From: a virus
Direction: 5' to 3' (one strand)
Virus record (IMG/VR): IMGVR_UViG_3300046517_001864
Location: 3,880 to 67,879 of that record
DNA length: 64,000 nt
The position numbers were made by a program, and so were the translations under genes. Under the pieces are notes generated by a model, which was given only the letters and a program-made list of their open reading frames with translations, did not search any database and had not been told where the DNA came from. Of the stretch, positions 17,451-26,166 are shown piece by piece; the first letter of the stretch is position 1, and each line of letters starts with the position of its first letter.

Positions 17451-18482
17451 ATGTGTGGAATATTCGGCTTTAGCCGTGTAACGGATGTGACCAAACAGAT
17501 GGCCATTCCGTTGATGTGGGAGATGGAGGATCGAGGACGGGACTCTTGGGGCTGCTCCAACGGAATCGAATGGATCAAACAGATCGGTCCGATCACCAAA
17601 ACGTGGCGGAAATACGAATCCGAATGGCACCAGTGGGAACGAGCAATCTTTCACACCCGTGCTGCTTCGCAGGGGAAGGTCTCCATCGAAAACCAACACC
17701 CGTTCCGTATTGACCATACGGAAGAGGATCAATCCGTCCGCACCCTCGTCGGAATCCACAACGGTGTCGTCTCCAATCATGACCAACTTAACGCCAAGTA
17801 CAAACGGGATTTTGATTGTGATACCCCGCATATCTACATGGCCCTCGCGGGGTTCTCTCCTACTCAGGAGATTCACGGGTATGGTAACCTGGCGTGGTAT
17901 GATTACTCGACCACAAACCCGACTCCAATCCTGCACTTCCTCCACTTTAACGCAGGGAACCTGAACGTCGCGAAGCTCGAATCTGGTGAGATGGTGTTCT
18001 GTTCCACGAAAGATCCCATCGATCGTGCTGCGGATTTCGCAGGAACCAAAATCGATCGGTACTTTCACCTGGAAGGGGATAAGATTTACTGGGTGGAACT
18101 GAACTACCAGGATGTCCCAGGATCGGACATGCTCATCGCTGGGCCGAAGCAATCCTTCGGCGGGAGGTCGATTCAAGGAACTGGTTGCGCTACTCCTTGG
18201 GATGGGCACCGTCCAGTTGGGTTACCCTTGTACGAGCACATCGCCGGAGCGAATCCCCGCAGGATGGGTCCTTCCCAAGTCCGGAACACGAATATATCCG
18301 AACTTGGCTCAGAGGATCGACAGAACAACATCTGCCTTAACAATCAATGCAAGAACAAAGTGAAACAATCTCGGCGGAAACAGCTCCTCTGTGAGACCTG
18401 CCTCGTAGCGGTAAAACAAAACCTCGCTTACATGACCACAATTCATGATCGGGTTCGTGGCCGAATGGGAGGTGCTGAATGA
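17451..18482 (+). CDS. class-II (Ntn) glutamine amidotransferase domain protein with C-terminal Cys cluster
   Basis: N-terminus MCGIFGF (catalytic Cys2 as in PurF/AsnB/GlmS); C-terminal CLNNQC...CETC. Confidence 0.65.
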   Translation: MCGIFGFSRVTDVTKQMAIPLMWEMEDRGRDSWGCSNGIEWIKQIGPITKTWRKYESEWHQWERAIFHTRAASQGKVSIENQHPFRIDHTEEDQSVRTLVGIHNGVVSNHDQLNAKYKRDFDCDTPHIYMALAGFSPTQEIHGYGNLAWYDYSTTNPTPILHFLHFNAGNLNVAKLESGEMVFCSTKDPIDRAADFAGTKIDRYFHLEGDKIYWVELNYQDVPGSDMLIAGPKQSFGGRSIQGTGCATPWDGHRPVGLPLYEHIAGANPRRMGPSQVRNTNISELGSEDRQNNICLNNQCKNKVKQSRRKQLLCETCLVAVKQNLAYMTTIHDRVRGRMGGAE

Positions 18483-18808
18483 ATGCAGGAAGACCTACCG
18501 GCTCGGTTGCGACGCCGGGTCGCATTCTTCGAAAGAGCCTCCAGGACTCGGCGAGGCTTGCTTCGCGTACGAGAAAATTACTTGAAGGGCGATTAGTAGC
18601 GATTGAGAAACGTCTCGCGGATGATCTAATTGGGGAGAACACTGACGGGTTGGTGGATCAGCTTCTAAAGATCATGTCCGCTCTCGACCGGACTGTCGAA
18701 CAAACCGGGCGGTTGCTAACGCAGAAACATACTCCGGTGGAAACCACCGAATCCGCCTCACCGACTGATATCATGCACGAACTTACGAAAGGAAAGAAAC
18801 CAAAATGA
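18479..18808 (+). CDS. hypothetical protein (109 aa)
   Basis: ATGA-coupled to GATase gene. Confidence 0.45.
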   Translation: MNAGRPTGSVATPGRILRKSLQDSARLASRTRKLLEGRLVAIEKRLADDLIGENTDGLVDQLLKIMSALDRTVEQTGRLLTQKHTPVETTESASPTDIMHELTKGKKPK

Positions 18809-19302
18809 GTACGGTTTACGAATACGCAACGGGACAGTTTCACATTCACGTGAAACTTGCGGGAGAGTTGGACAAGATCGAACTTTTCCACGCGATCATC
18901 GAAAAGATCGACGGGTCTTGGCCTTGGGGTCCTTCGAAAGGTAACCACGGCACGGTTCGGGTTTGTAGGAAGTGCAAGGGATTCCTTCTATCCAACCCCC
19001 GCTTCGCGCCACAGGATCTCAAAGCCGCAGGCGAACAGGCCGGGATTCATATCAAAATCTACGGTTATTCCCCTCAGCTCAACTGTTTCGAAGGAACCGA
19101 ATACCAGCACACCGAATCCATCGACCGTGTGGCCTGCCGTGCTCTCTACGGACACAAACCGAAACGGATCACGGTGCTGGGTGGGAAGCTTTGGATCGGG
19201 GATTCTACCCCAACAACCGGCCCTCGGTTGATCGAAGCTGTGGATCGAAAGGTCATTGAACTTCCTTCGGTCGCTCCGAAGGACAGCCAGTTGGTGAACT
19301 GA
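18805..19302 (+). CDS. hypothetical protein (165 aa)
   Basis: ATGA-coupled. Confidence 0.5.
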   Translation: MSTVYEYATGQFHIHVKLAGELDKIELFHAIIEKIDGSWPWGPSKGNHGTVRVCRKCKGFLLSNPRFAPQDLKAAGEQAGIHIKIYGYSPQLNCFEGTEYQHTESIDRVACRALYGHKPKRITVLGGKLWIGDSTPTTGPRLIEAVDRKVIELPSVAPKDSQLVN

Positions 19303-19471
19303 GATGTTCCACAAACAATTCTATCGCGGTCTCGACGGTCACTGGTATCTCCGAGGGTTATTCCACATCCTCCTTTGGCGGTCACCAGGACGAACTAAAC
19401 CAGGGAGCTTTGTTGGGTTATGCGGGAACTTATCGCCGGAGTAATCCTCCTCGAACTACTTCTCGCGCCGG

Positions 19472-20320
19472 TTGAACATTGGTTACATAGGAGAATATAT
19501 GGGAATACACGTCATCGGGCCGCAGGACTGGGAAACAGTCATTGCTTTAAATGACATGCTTCGGCATGTCCCGGAGGAAGGGACGTTCAAGCTGGGCGGA
19601 CGTCATTTCGAAGCGCAGGGGCAGTTCAAACGGTTTGACAAAGCCGGGGTCCCGACCGTCGAGTGGACCACGAATCTCACTACAGCGAAAGGATGGGTCC
19701 GAAACGGAGCAGCGGTGCTTGGACGAGACCGGTACCATTCTCGGGGGGAGGATATTGTTCTAGTATCCCACACTGCTGATATCACAGACGCTTGGGAAAG
19801 TAAGTCCGTCTGGACCAAGTTTGTCCCCTCCCAAGCCGAATGGCGATTCCATATCGTTAACGGGCAGTCCATCTCCCGGGATCTGAAGGTCTTCAACCGA
19901 CCCGGGCAGGGGCGAGGGTCCCTCGCGAGCATTAGAGCCCGCGCATGGGATTGGTCGGCCCGACATGATGTTGAGCCCCCAGCCGAGGCTCGCCGAGCTG
20001 CTGTAGCGGCTGTGGACGCGTTGGAGGGGTATACCCACGGTGCGGTCGACCTGCTTATCGACATGGAGTTCCGTCCAGTCGTGCTTGAAGTCAACCGCTG
20101 TCCGGGGATGGATGCCTACACCCGTGAGCGGTGGTGTAACGCGATTCGAAAGTTTGTACGATCTCACGGGCGGGGTAACGCGTCCGCTGAAACAGCAGCG
20201 GCCCGTCCACCAGTTCCAGCTTGGGTTCATCGACCCTCGACGGTCATGGCTCGGACCGAAACCGGGCGAATTTCGTCCCGGTCGAGAGAGGAATTCTACG
20301 AAGGCGTTGAGGTTGTATAA
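19472..20320 (+). CDS. ATP-grasp fold protein (candidate amide ligase)
   Basis: 'GAVDLLIDMEFRPVVLEVNRCPGMD' matches the ATP-grasp 'D...ExN..PG' C-terminal motif; alternative start at 19499 (SD AGGAGAA). Confidence 0.45.
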   Translation: MNIGYIGEYMGIHVIGPQDWETVIALNDMLRHVPEEGTFKLGGRHFEAQGQFKRFDKAGVPTVEWTTNLTTAKGWVRNGAAVLGRDRYHSRGEDIVLVSHTADITDAWESKSVWTKFVPSQAEWRFHIVNGQSISRDLKVFNRPGQGRGSLASIRARAWDWSARHDVEPPAEARRAAVAAVDALEGYTHGAVDLLIDMEFRPVVLEVNRCPGMDAYTRERWCNAIRKFVRSHGRGNASAETAAARPPVPAWVHRPSTVMARTETGRISSRSREEFYEGVEVV

Positions 20321-20336
20321 CTTACAAATGTCGGTT

Positions 20337-20446
20337 CCCCTGGGGCTGAGTATACTCCCTTGAATCTTTTCAATATTTTATATACTCCTAAGACGTTTAT
20401 ATTAAGATTTATTAAGAACAGTAAGAGAATATACTCCGCCCCAGGG
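20337..20446. repeat. 20-bp imperfect inverted repeat flanking a 67-bp AT-rich core; three copies of TATACTCC
   Basis: CCCTGGGGCTGAGTATACTC (20338..20357) versus rc of GAATATACTCCGCCCCAGGG (20427..20446), 18/20; a third TATACTCC at 20381..20388. Confidence 0.5.
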
Positions 20447-20466
20447 AGACCGAGACGGCCAAGTCG

Positions 20467-20844
20467 ATGAAAAGAGAGCACAAATCGGTTTCGGAGAATT
20501 TCCGTCGTCGAAATTCCCGGTTCGAAGCCCGACCGGGGCATCGGCAACGGCGAACGCCGAGGGTGTTTCAACCAAGGTTGTCGAATGAGCAGGTTCGAGA
20601 GTTGCTCGGTCCGGAAGCATTAAGAACTCTTAAGGAACTCGCTCAGGAGGAGATGAATGTGATTCGTCAGATGGAAGTATCAAAGTTCTGTGGAACATGT
20701 CATAGGATTCTTGTTGCGGAAGAGAACTTCCACAAGGACAACCACGAGCCAGATGGATGGTGCTGGGAGTGTAAGACCTGTGTACGAGCACGACGAACGG
20801 AACGACACCAACGAATTCACGACTTGATCTGGAGACGAGTATGA
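20467..20844 (+). CDS. zinc-finger protein (125 aa)
   Basis: CGTCHR...CWECKTC; basic N- and C-termini. Confidence 0.45.
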   Translation: MKREHKSVSENFRRRNSRFEARPGHRQRRTPRVFQPRLSNEQVRELLGPEALRTLKELAQEEMNVIRQMEVSKFCGTCHRILVAEENFHKDNHEPDGWCWECKTCVRARRTERHQRIHDLIWRRV

Positions 20845-21347
20845 TTTATTTATCCTCACCAATTTTCGAATCAACCGCTGATGGAGTAATCCTCCCGGTC
20901 TCCGGGACGGAGGATATCCCGGAAGGATCGTTGCATGAGAAGTTCCTTTCCGAGTTGGATCTCTCCTACTGTGAGCATTACTTCCGAGAGGTAAAATTGG
21001 ATTCGTGGGCGTTTACCCCCGCGACGTGTTCGTTTATCCGAGAAGGTGAGCCGTGGTATCACAAGTGGGTAGTAGAGATGCCATGTCTTCCGGAGGATCG
21101 GTTTCATACACTATCCCCTCGGGTACATCGAGCCGCGTATTTGGTGAATAAGCTCGGGTTGAAGACCGTAGCGGTTTCGCATTTGAATTGTAAGATCAGT
21201 CGGAACGCTCAGGAGATTCTCTGGCAATGGGTGGAAAACCAACTCGACGGAGTGGAGATACACCTTCACACGCAGGAGTATGACGATGCGGAGCAGCCAG
21301 CGATTGTTCTAGCAACGCAGGTGGATACGGTGGTGGGTTGTGCATAG
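20841..21347 (+). CDS. hypothetical protein (168 aa)
   Basis: ATGA-coupled ORF. Confidence 0.5.
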   Translation: MIYLSSPIFESTADGVILPVSGTEDIPEGSLHEKFLSELDLSYCEHYFREVKLDSWAFTPATCSFIREGEPWYHKWVVEMPCLPEDRFHTLSPRVHRAAYLVNKLGLKTVAVSHLNCKISRNAQEILWQWVENQLDGVEIHLHTQEYDDAEQPAIVLATQVDTVVGCA

Positions 21348-21476
21348 TTGTAAGGATCTAAAACAAGGAAAGTTCGAAGTGTATAACTACTGGCAGAACT
21401 TGTTTTATATCTATGACAAGTTGAGCCACGTGTACATCTTTGGAATTCGGTTCTGCCCGTTCTGTGGAGGAAAGTT

Positions 21477-21695
21477 ATGAAGTTCTTTTTTCACTACAAT
21501 AAACCTGCTTCGCAGCAGAAGGGATTCCCGGTGATCTCCCTCCACTACCAAGGCGCGTGTCATCTATGTCGGGCCCTTACCTGCGAGGTTCCCACCCAGA
21601 CCAAGTCCCGAGCGACCGCTCCAAAACTCGTGGTGGAAGGGCACGCGAATAAGATCTACTGGCGAAGTGAAGGTGGAACAGCGAGGATAGTATGA
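21477..21695 (+). CDS. hypothetical protein (72 aa)
   Basis: SD GGAGGAAAGTTATG; stop overlaps nuclease start. Confidence 0.4.
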   Translation: MKFFFHYNKPASQQKGFPVISLHYQGACHLCRALTCEVPTQTKSRATAPKLVVEGHANKIYWRSEGGTARIV

Positions 21696-22801
21696 TCATC
21701 GATTACTCACAGTACTCCCTCTGGAACTTCTGCCCGTGGGCGTGGTATGAACGTTACGTCAATCAGCGACAACTTCGCTACGAGGGTCAAAGGTCGGATG
21801 CTCTTGCTTTGGGTTCATTGGTTCATAACGGTTTGGATAATTTTGCGAAGTTCCACAAGCCGATAATCGATCAAGCGACGATGACGGAGATGAATCCCAC
21901 GCCGGAGTGTTACGCGATGGCGGTGTTGTTAATCGAAGGGTACATCAACCGGTACCCAGCGGAGCTGTGGCCGGTGGAGTTGACGGAGCAGCCGTTGAGG
22001 TTTCCGTTGCGCCCAACTGAAATCGGATGGGACGGTGAAAAGATCAAATACGAAGGAGTTCCGGAGTACAACGGTCTCGCGAAACTCGACGGATACTTCT
22101 ACGTTCCGGAGGACACCACAATCGAATCCGGATGCGGACCGAATATCACCCTTTCCCGGGGATGGTGGGGGAAGGAATACAAAACGAAGTCCTTCGGGCG
22201 TAAACGAGCGGAGTGGATCAAAGAATGGCAGACGAAGCGTCAAGCGGATTTTCAGATCCTTGCGTTAAAAAATCTCGTGAACAGCCGTGAGTTCTCGCCG
22301 AAGATAATACAACTCATGGAACAACACGGTAACTCTACTAGTGAAGTACAGGGCATTCTCGTATGTGTGTTAGAGAAACCCCACGAGTATGTTCCGAAAC
22401 GTAAGTGTGCCGGGTGTAAGGAAACGTGGGAGATGTCGAGTTTTATTCCTCAGTCGGAAGGATTCATGTGTCCTTCCTGTAACTGTGTGCAGGAGTTATC
22501 GCCGTACATCCCGAAGTCTCCAAAGGTACCCGAATACTTCCGTATCACTGTTACTCGCGACGCCCGGCAGTTAGAGATCGCAAAGCACGAGATCCTTCGC
22601 ACCGCTAACCGAATGGAAGCAGTACGGGCGAATGGTATGGAAGCCGAGATCCCTAACCGTGACGCTTGTGTAAACAACGTCCATCGTCGGGAGTGTGAGT
22701 ATCACGCCCCACATACGTACGGAGGGACCACGTCGGATGGAACGAAGTACGTTCAAATCGATTCGACGAAGTACATGGGGTTAGCAGAGGTGGGGGTATG
22801 A
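21692..22801 (+). CDS. PD-(D/E)XK nuclease of the Cas4/RecB exonuclease type with Cys cluster (candidate Fe-S)
   Basis: N-terminal 'YSQYSLWNFCPWAWYERY' (Cas4/RecB N-motif with Cys); C-terminal CAGC...CPSCNC. Confidence 0.5.
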   Translation: MIIDYSQYSLWNFCPWAWYERYVNQRQLRYEGQRSDALALGSLVHNGLDNFAKFHKPIIDQATMTEMNPTPECYAMAVLLIEGYINRYPAELWPVELTEQPLRFPLRPTEIGWDGEKIKYEGVPEYNGLAKLDGYFYVPEDTTIESGCGPNITLSRGWWGKEYKTKSFGRKRAEWIKEWQTKRQADFQILALKNLVNSREFSPKIIQLMEQHGNSTSEVQGILVCVLEKPHEYVPKRKCAGCKETWEMSSFIPQSEGFMCPSCNCVQELSPYIPKSPKVPEYFRITVTRDARQLEIAKHEILRTANRMEAVRANGMEAEIPNRDACVNNVHRRECEYHAPHTYGGTTSDGTKYVQIDSTKYMGLAEVGV

Positions 22802-23142
22802 GATCCGATTTTGATACTTGGCTCGTTCACACGTACGGGTTCAAACCCAACGGCGATCCAATGGATGAAGCTGCTGACGCAGATTCCCCACAACAGTTCC
22901 TTACACGCGACGGAACATTCGACGTAGTCGGTTACGAAAGGTGGGTAGAAAGGATGAAAGCAAAGTATGATGTCATCAACATGGTTCGTCTCTCGGATGG
23001 TAGCTACGGGGCTCCTGGCAGTTTGCCTGCTAGCCCAACAAACCTCCTCCCAGCCCCAGCGGAGCCGACCTTCGCCGAAGCCGCGCCAGCCCCTTCCCAC
23101 GGTAGTAGTACCAGTGGACCCGAGTCCATCGCCGGATCCTGA
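22798..23142 (+). CDS. hypothetical protein (114 aa)
   Basis: ATGA-coupled to nuclease gene; overlaps 22967..23452 in another frame. Confidence 0.35.
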   Translation: MRSDFDTWLVHTYGFKPNGDPMDEAADADSPQQFLTRDGTFDVVGYERWVERMKAKYDVINMVRLSDGSYGAPGSLPASPTNLLPAPAEPTFAEAAPAPSHGSSTSGPESIAGS

Positions 23143-23452
23143 GGAGTATTGGGCGTGCGGTCTAGGCACGCACCAGGACAAGATCGGCCATCACTGCCAT
23201 TGTGTGGAGATGGTGGAGGAGATCCAAACGGAGCATAGGGATTCGTGTATCAAATACACGGATCGCAAGGCGTACGAGGCTTGTATGAATCAAATCCCAG
23301 AGTTCTGTGACATCGTGAAGAACTCGGATTTGAAGCATCCGGTTCATAACTGCAAGCGAAGCTGTAACAAAAACGCGATTTGCAAGTGTGCGGATGGGCC
23401 AAGTTGTCATCTGCCGCCGCTGTCGCCAGTGGAAGATCCAGATCAAAACTAA
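22967..23452 (+). CDS. candidate secreted Cys-rich protein (161 aa) overlapping the preceding ORF out of frame
   Basis: Signal-peptide-like N-terminus (MVATGLLAVCLLAQQ); 12 Cys in C-terminal half; extent/start uncertain. Confidence 0.3.
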   Translation: MMSSTWFVSRMVATGLLAVCLLAQQTSSQPQRSRPSPKPRQPLPTVVVPVDPSPSPDPEEYWACGLGTHQDKIGHHCHCVEMVEEIQTEHRDSCIKYTDRKAYEACMNQIPEFCDIVKNSDLKHPVHNCKRSCNKNAICKCADGPSCHLPPLSPVEDPDQN

Positions 23453-23462
23453 AGGAGACCCA

Positions 23463-23648
23463 ATGACCCTACACCGACTAGAAACCGAAGACGTTACCCA
23501 GTACGTCTTCCGATTCAAACTCTTCAACGGGCAGGAGTATAACTTCATCGCCCCAACAATGGAACTCGCGTTTGTGAAGTTTCAGAAACACGCTTCGTAC
23601 GAACCGAAGATTATCGCGGCGACGCAGATCTCGAAGTTGGATGGGTGA
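23463..23648 (+). CDS. hypothetical protein (61 aa)
   Basis: SD AAAGGAGACCCAATG. Confidence 0.35.
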   Translation: MTLHRLETEDVTQYVFRFKLFNGQEYNFIAPTMELAFVKFQKHASYEPKIIAATQISKLDG

Positions 23649-23832
23649 TATGATATCCTTCATCCAACGGTGGGCGATCGTCCTTGCGGTGATGATCATC
23701 GCGCTTAGTATAGCAAGTATCCTAATCCTAACTGGGATCTACGTCTCCGATCACTTTGGTGGGGTCGGAGTAATCGCATTTATTCTTATCCTCCTAAGTG
23801 GCTTTGTCGCCTCTTGCATCGATAGGGATTAA
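23641..23832 (+). CDS. small membrane protein with two predicted TM helices (63 aa)
   Basis: WAIVLAVMIIALSIASILILTGIYV and VGVIAFILILLSGFVASCI hydrophobic segments. Confidence 0.4.
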   Translation: MGDMISFIQRWAIVLAVMIIALSIASILILTGIYVSDHFGGVGVIAFILILLSGFVASCIDRD

Positions 23833-23867
23833 ACCCAGTTCATGAACCGACTTTAACCCCCAAACCA

Positions 23868-23896
23868 CTTGACATCGAGCGGTCGATGTGGTAAAC
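23868..23896 (+). promoter_or_regulatory. sigma70-like promoter candidate (TTGACA-17 nt-TAAACT) upstream of Sak4-like gene
   Basis: -35 23868..23873 perfect, -10 23891..23896 4/6; preceded by 10-bp palindrome GTTCATGAAC (23837..23846). Confidence 0.35.
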
Positions 23897-23927
23897 TAGT
23901 TTAAGCTCGAAACGGAGGCAACCTACT

Positions 23928-24797
23928 TTGAGCACCCCAGCCCTGACCCTTCCGGGTCTTTCTATTGGCGGCATCCCCGTCCAAAACACGAAGAATCTGA
24001 TCAACAAGGATACCCGCCTATGCATGATGATCTACGCGGTTGCAAAGCGTGGGAAGACCACGTTTGGCAAAACGCTCGACGATCTATGCAAGAAGTACTT
24101 CGGGAAGCCCGCACTTTTCATCGCGCTGGAGCCCACCGAAGGTGGTGGGACGATGTCGATCCAGGACTTTGACGTAGATTTCGTAACACCAAGGACTTAT
24201 GAAGAGTATAACAAAATCGCAGCGGCGCTTGCAGCTGATACAAAGTACGGGGGAGTTATTGTGGATTCTAGCTCCGAGTACGTATCTCGTTTCCTTAAAC
24301 CGTACGCCCTTAAATTTCCTTACGAACGAGGAAATCCTCCCGCTACACGAGTTGCTGGAGTCCCTGCACAAAACGATTACCAAACGATGGGTGAGCAGCT
24401 ACGGCTCGACTTCAACAAACTGATCGCTTTGACAACCGCTGCGGATATTAACGTCCGTAAGCACCTGCTCGTTACCGCGTTGGAGAAGGAGAAATTTTCA
24501 CGAGATGGCAAAGAACTTCTATCGGTTCACCCAGACCTTCCTGGCGCTATGGCGGGTGTGGCAACGTCCATGTTTCAAACTGTGGGTTCGATTGATCTTC
24601 GTACCAACGTTATTCCTGATCCTGCTAATCCTAAAACTACAAAGCGTGTTACCACCCGGTACCTTTGTACAGATGCTTCTGAGGAAAACAAGAGAGTGGT
24701 CGGTGATCGTACTAAACTCATTCCCACAGGCGCTCCGTTAGACTTTGTGGAGATCTGGGAAACCTACTGGCTACCGAAGCTGAAGGCCTCAGCGTGA
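23928..24797 (+). CDS. RecA-like P-loop ATPase of the Sak4/AAA_24 type (candidate recombination ATPase); TTG start
   Basis: Early Walker A 'MMIYAVAKRGKTTFGKT' near N-terminus as in Sak4/AAA_24; SD GGAGG before TTG. Confidence 0.45.
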   Translation: MSTPALTLPGLSIGGIPVQNTKNLINKDTRLCMMIYAVAKRGKTTFGKTLDDLCKKYFGKPALFIALEPTEGGGTMSIQDFDVDFVTPRTYEEYNKIAAALAADTKYGGVIVDSSSEYVSRFLKPYALKFPYERGNPPATRVAGVPAQNDYQTMGEQLRLDFNKLIALTTAADINVRKHLLVTALEKEKFSRDGKELLSVHPDLPGAMAGVATSMFQTVGSIDLRTNVIPDPANPKTTKRVTTRYLCTDASEENKRVVGDRTKLIPTGAPLDFVEIWETYWLPKLKASA

Positions 24798-24933
24798 AAC
24801 CCCACCACTACGTAGCTATTGTTATGCTTGGGATGCAAGGGGTACTTTGCATCCTTACCTTCTGCGAGGGTGATTGGCGTAAGGGCCTGTATTGGCTCGG
24901 TGCTTTTATTCTTACCATCGGAGTTACAATCTA

Positions 24934-25131
24934 ATGCCGCAACGATGTAGTTTCTGTGGTAAAACCAAACGTCAACACCAAGGACCGTGTATTGATCCTA
25001 TGTTAAAACCAATTTATGAAAACAGCAAAGACTGTTGGGTTCGTCCTACTCTGCCTCGCTCTGTTCCCGCTAGCCATAGTATTCCTCTCGGTAATCCGAG
25101 ACGTATGGCATCGGATGAGCGATCGGTATGA
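24934..25131 (+). CDS. small zinc-ribbon protein (65 aa; CSFCGK...C)
   Basis: Internal ATG of ORF-track 24892..25131. Confidence 0.35.
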   Translation: MPQRCSFCGKTKRQHQGPCIDPMLKPIYENSKDCWVRPTLPRSVPASHSIPLGNPRRMASDERSV

Positions 25132-25248
25132 GTAGCTCTTGCCCCTCTTGCGGGTGTTGGTATTGCCCCACCTGCCGTATCCCCTCAGATCGTCTTCCCG
25201 CTCGACGTAAACCTGCGGAATCAAACAACAAAGGAGAGACACAATATA

Positions 25249-25734
25249 GTGTCAGCAACAATGGAAGAAACGGTTAACTCGTTTCAGTACGTACACTTGG
25301 ATCAGGTCGATCCCAGCTTCACGATGATCGATGAGGGTTTTTACAACCTCAAGCTCATCACAGCGGAAACCCGTGAGTATGATAAAACCGCCTCTGGAGG
25401 TAAGAAGGGTGAGTTTATCAAACTTGGCTTCGCTGTTCAAGATCACACAAAGTTCACCGGCAGACGGGTATACCCTCAGCCGTTGTTTCCTAGCGAGTTC
25501 TCTTTCCGTGTCCTGCGTCGAATCCAGGATGCTACCGGCGTGCAGCAGAACGGCGACACCAATTCGTGGTTGGCTAAGCTCCAAGCGATTGGTCCGGTGA
25601 TGAAGCTGAAGGTGACGGTTGTGCCGGATGCAAACTTCGCCGGTGTGCCTAACCCCAAGACGGTCAAACCAGATGGTAGTCCGTCGGATCGCAACGACAT
25701 CGACTGGAAGGCAGGTATCCAGCCGGGTGAGTAA
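25249..25734 (+). CDS. hypothetical protein (161 aa); positional candidate for ssDNA-binding protein
   Basis: GTG start with SD AAAGGAGAG; lies between Sak4-like ATPase and polymerase; followed by a terminator; no motif recognised. Confidence 0.4.
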   Translation: MSATMEETVNSFQYVHLDQVDPSFTMIDEGFYNLKLITAETREYDKTASGGKKGEFIKLGFAVQDHTKFTGRRVYPQPLFPSEFSFRVLRRIQDATGVQQNGDTNSWLAKLQAIGPVMKLKVTVVPDANFAGVPNPKTVKPDGSPSDRNDIDWKAGIQPGE

Positions 25735-25740
25735 CCACCC

Positions 25741-25795
25741 GTAGGATAGTATCCTACGGTTTCTGCCGGTATATCCGGCAGTTTCGTGCTCTTTG
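25741..25795 (+). terminator. tandem-hairpin rho-independent terminator candidate
   Basis: CCGTAGGAT-AGT-ATCCTACGG then CTGCCGG-TATAT-CCGGCAG followed by TTTCGTGCTCTTT. Confidence 0.5.
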
Positions 25796-25803
25796 GAGAA
25801 ATA

Positions 25804-26166
25804 ATGAGGAATACTCTAACACAGGTTGAAGATCGGATATGCGAAGCGAAAGCCTCGACCCATAGTTCCGATAGAGCATCTCTTCTCACACGTCGTAGGT
25901 GGTTGCGGACACTGGTAATGTTGTCCTTAGGTGTATTCGGGATTCGTAATGCATCCTCAGGTGCTTCCACCCCAACGTGCGAGGATACGATTAACAAGTT
26001 TCAATGTTTGTTCAACGCGTGGGTGGAGCAGGTGAAGGAAAACAATCCTAACATCCTCGATGCGAAGCATCCCACAGCTATCCAAGACGAAATCGCCACG
26101 TGGCAAGTGGTACGTCACGAGTGGCGGGGGTTTGAGAAGCAGATTAACAAGATGTATGGAATTTAA
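25804..26166 (+). CDS. hypothetical protein (120 aa)
   Basis: SD GGAGAAATAATG; stop overlaps polymerase start (TAATG). Confidence 0.45.
   Translation: MRNTLTQVEDRICEAKASTHSSDRASLLTRRRWLRTLVMLSLGVFGIRNASSGASTPTCEDTINKFQCLFNAWVEQVKENNPNILDAKHPTAIQDEIATWQVVRHEWRGFEKQINKMYGI

Noticed and set aside
25249-25734. Confident SSB call for the 161-aa protein
   Set aside because: Only positional evidence (between Sak4-like ATPase and polymerase). No OB-fold signature recognised, so left as hypothetical.
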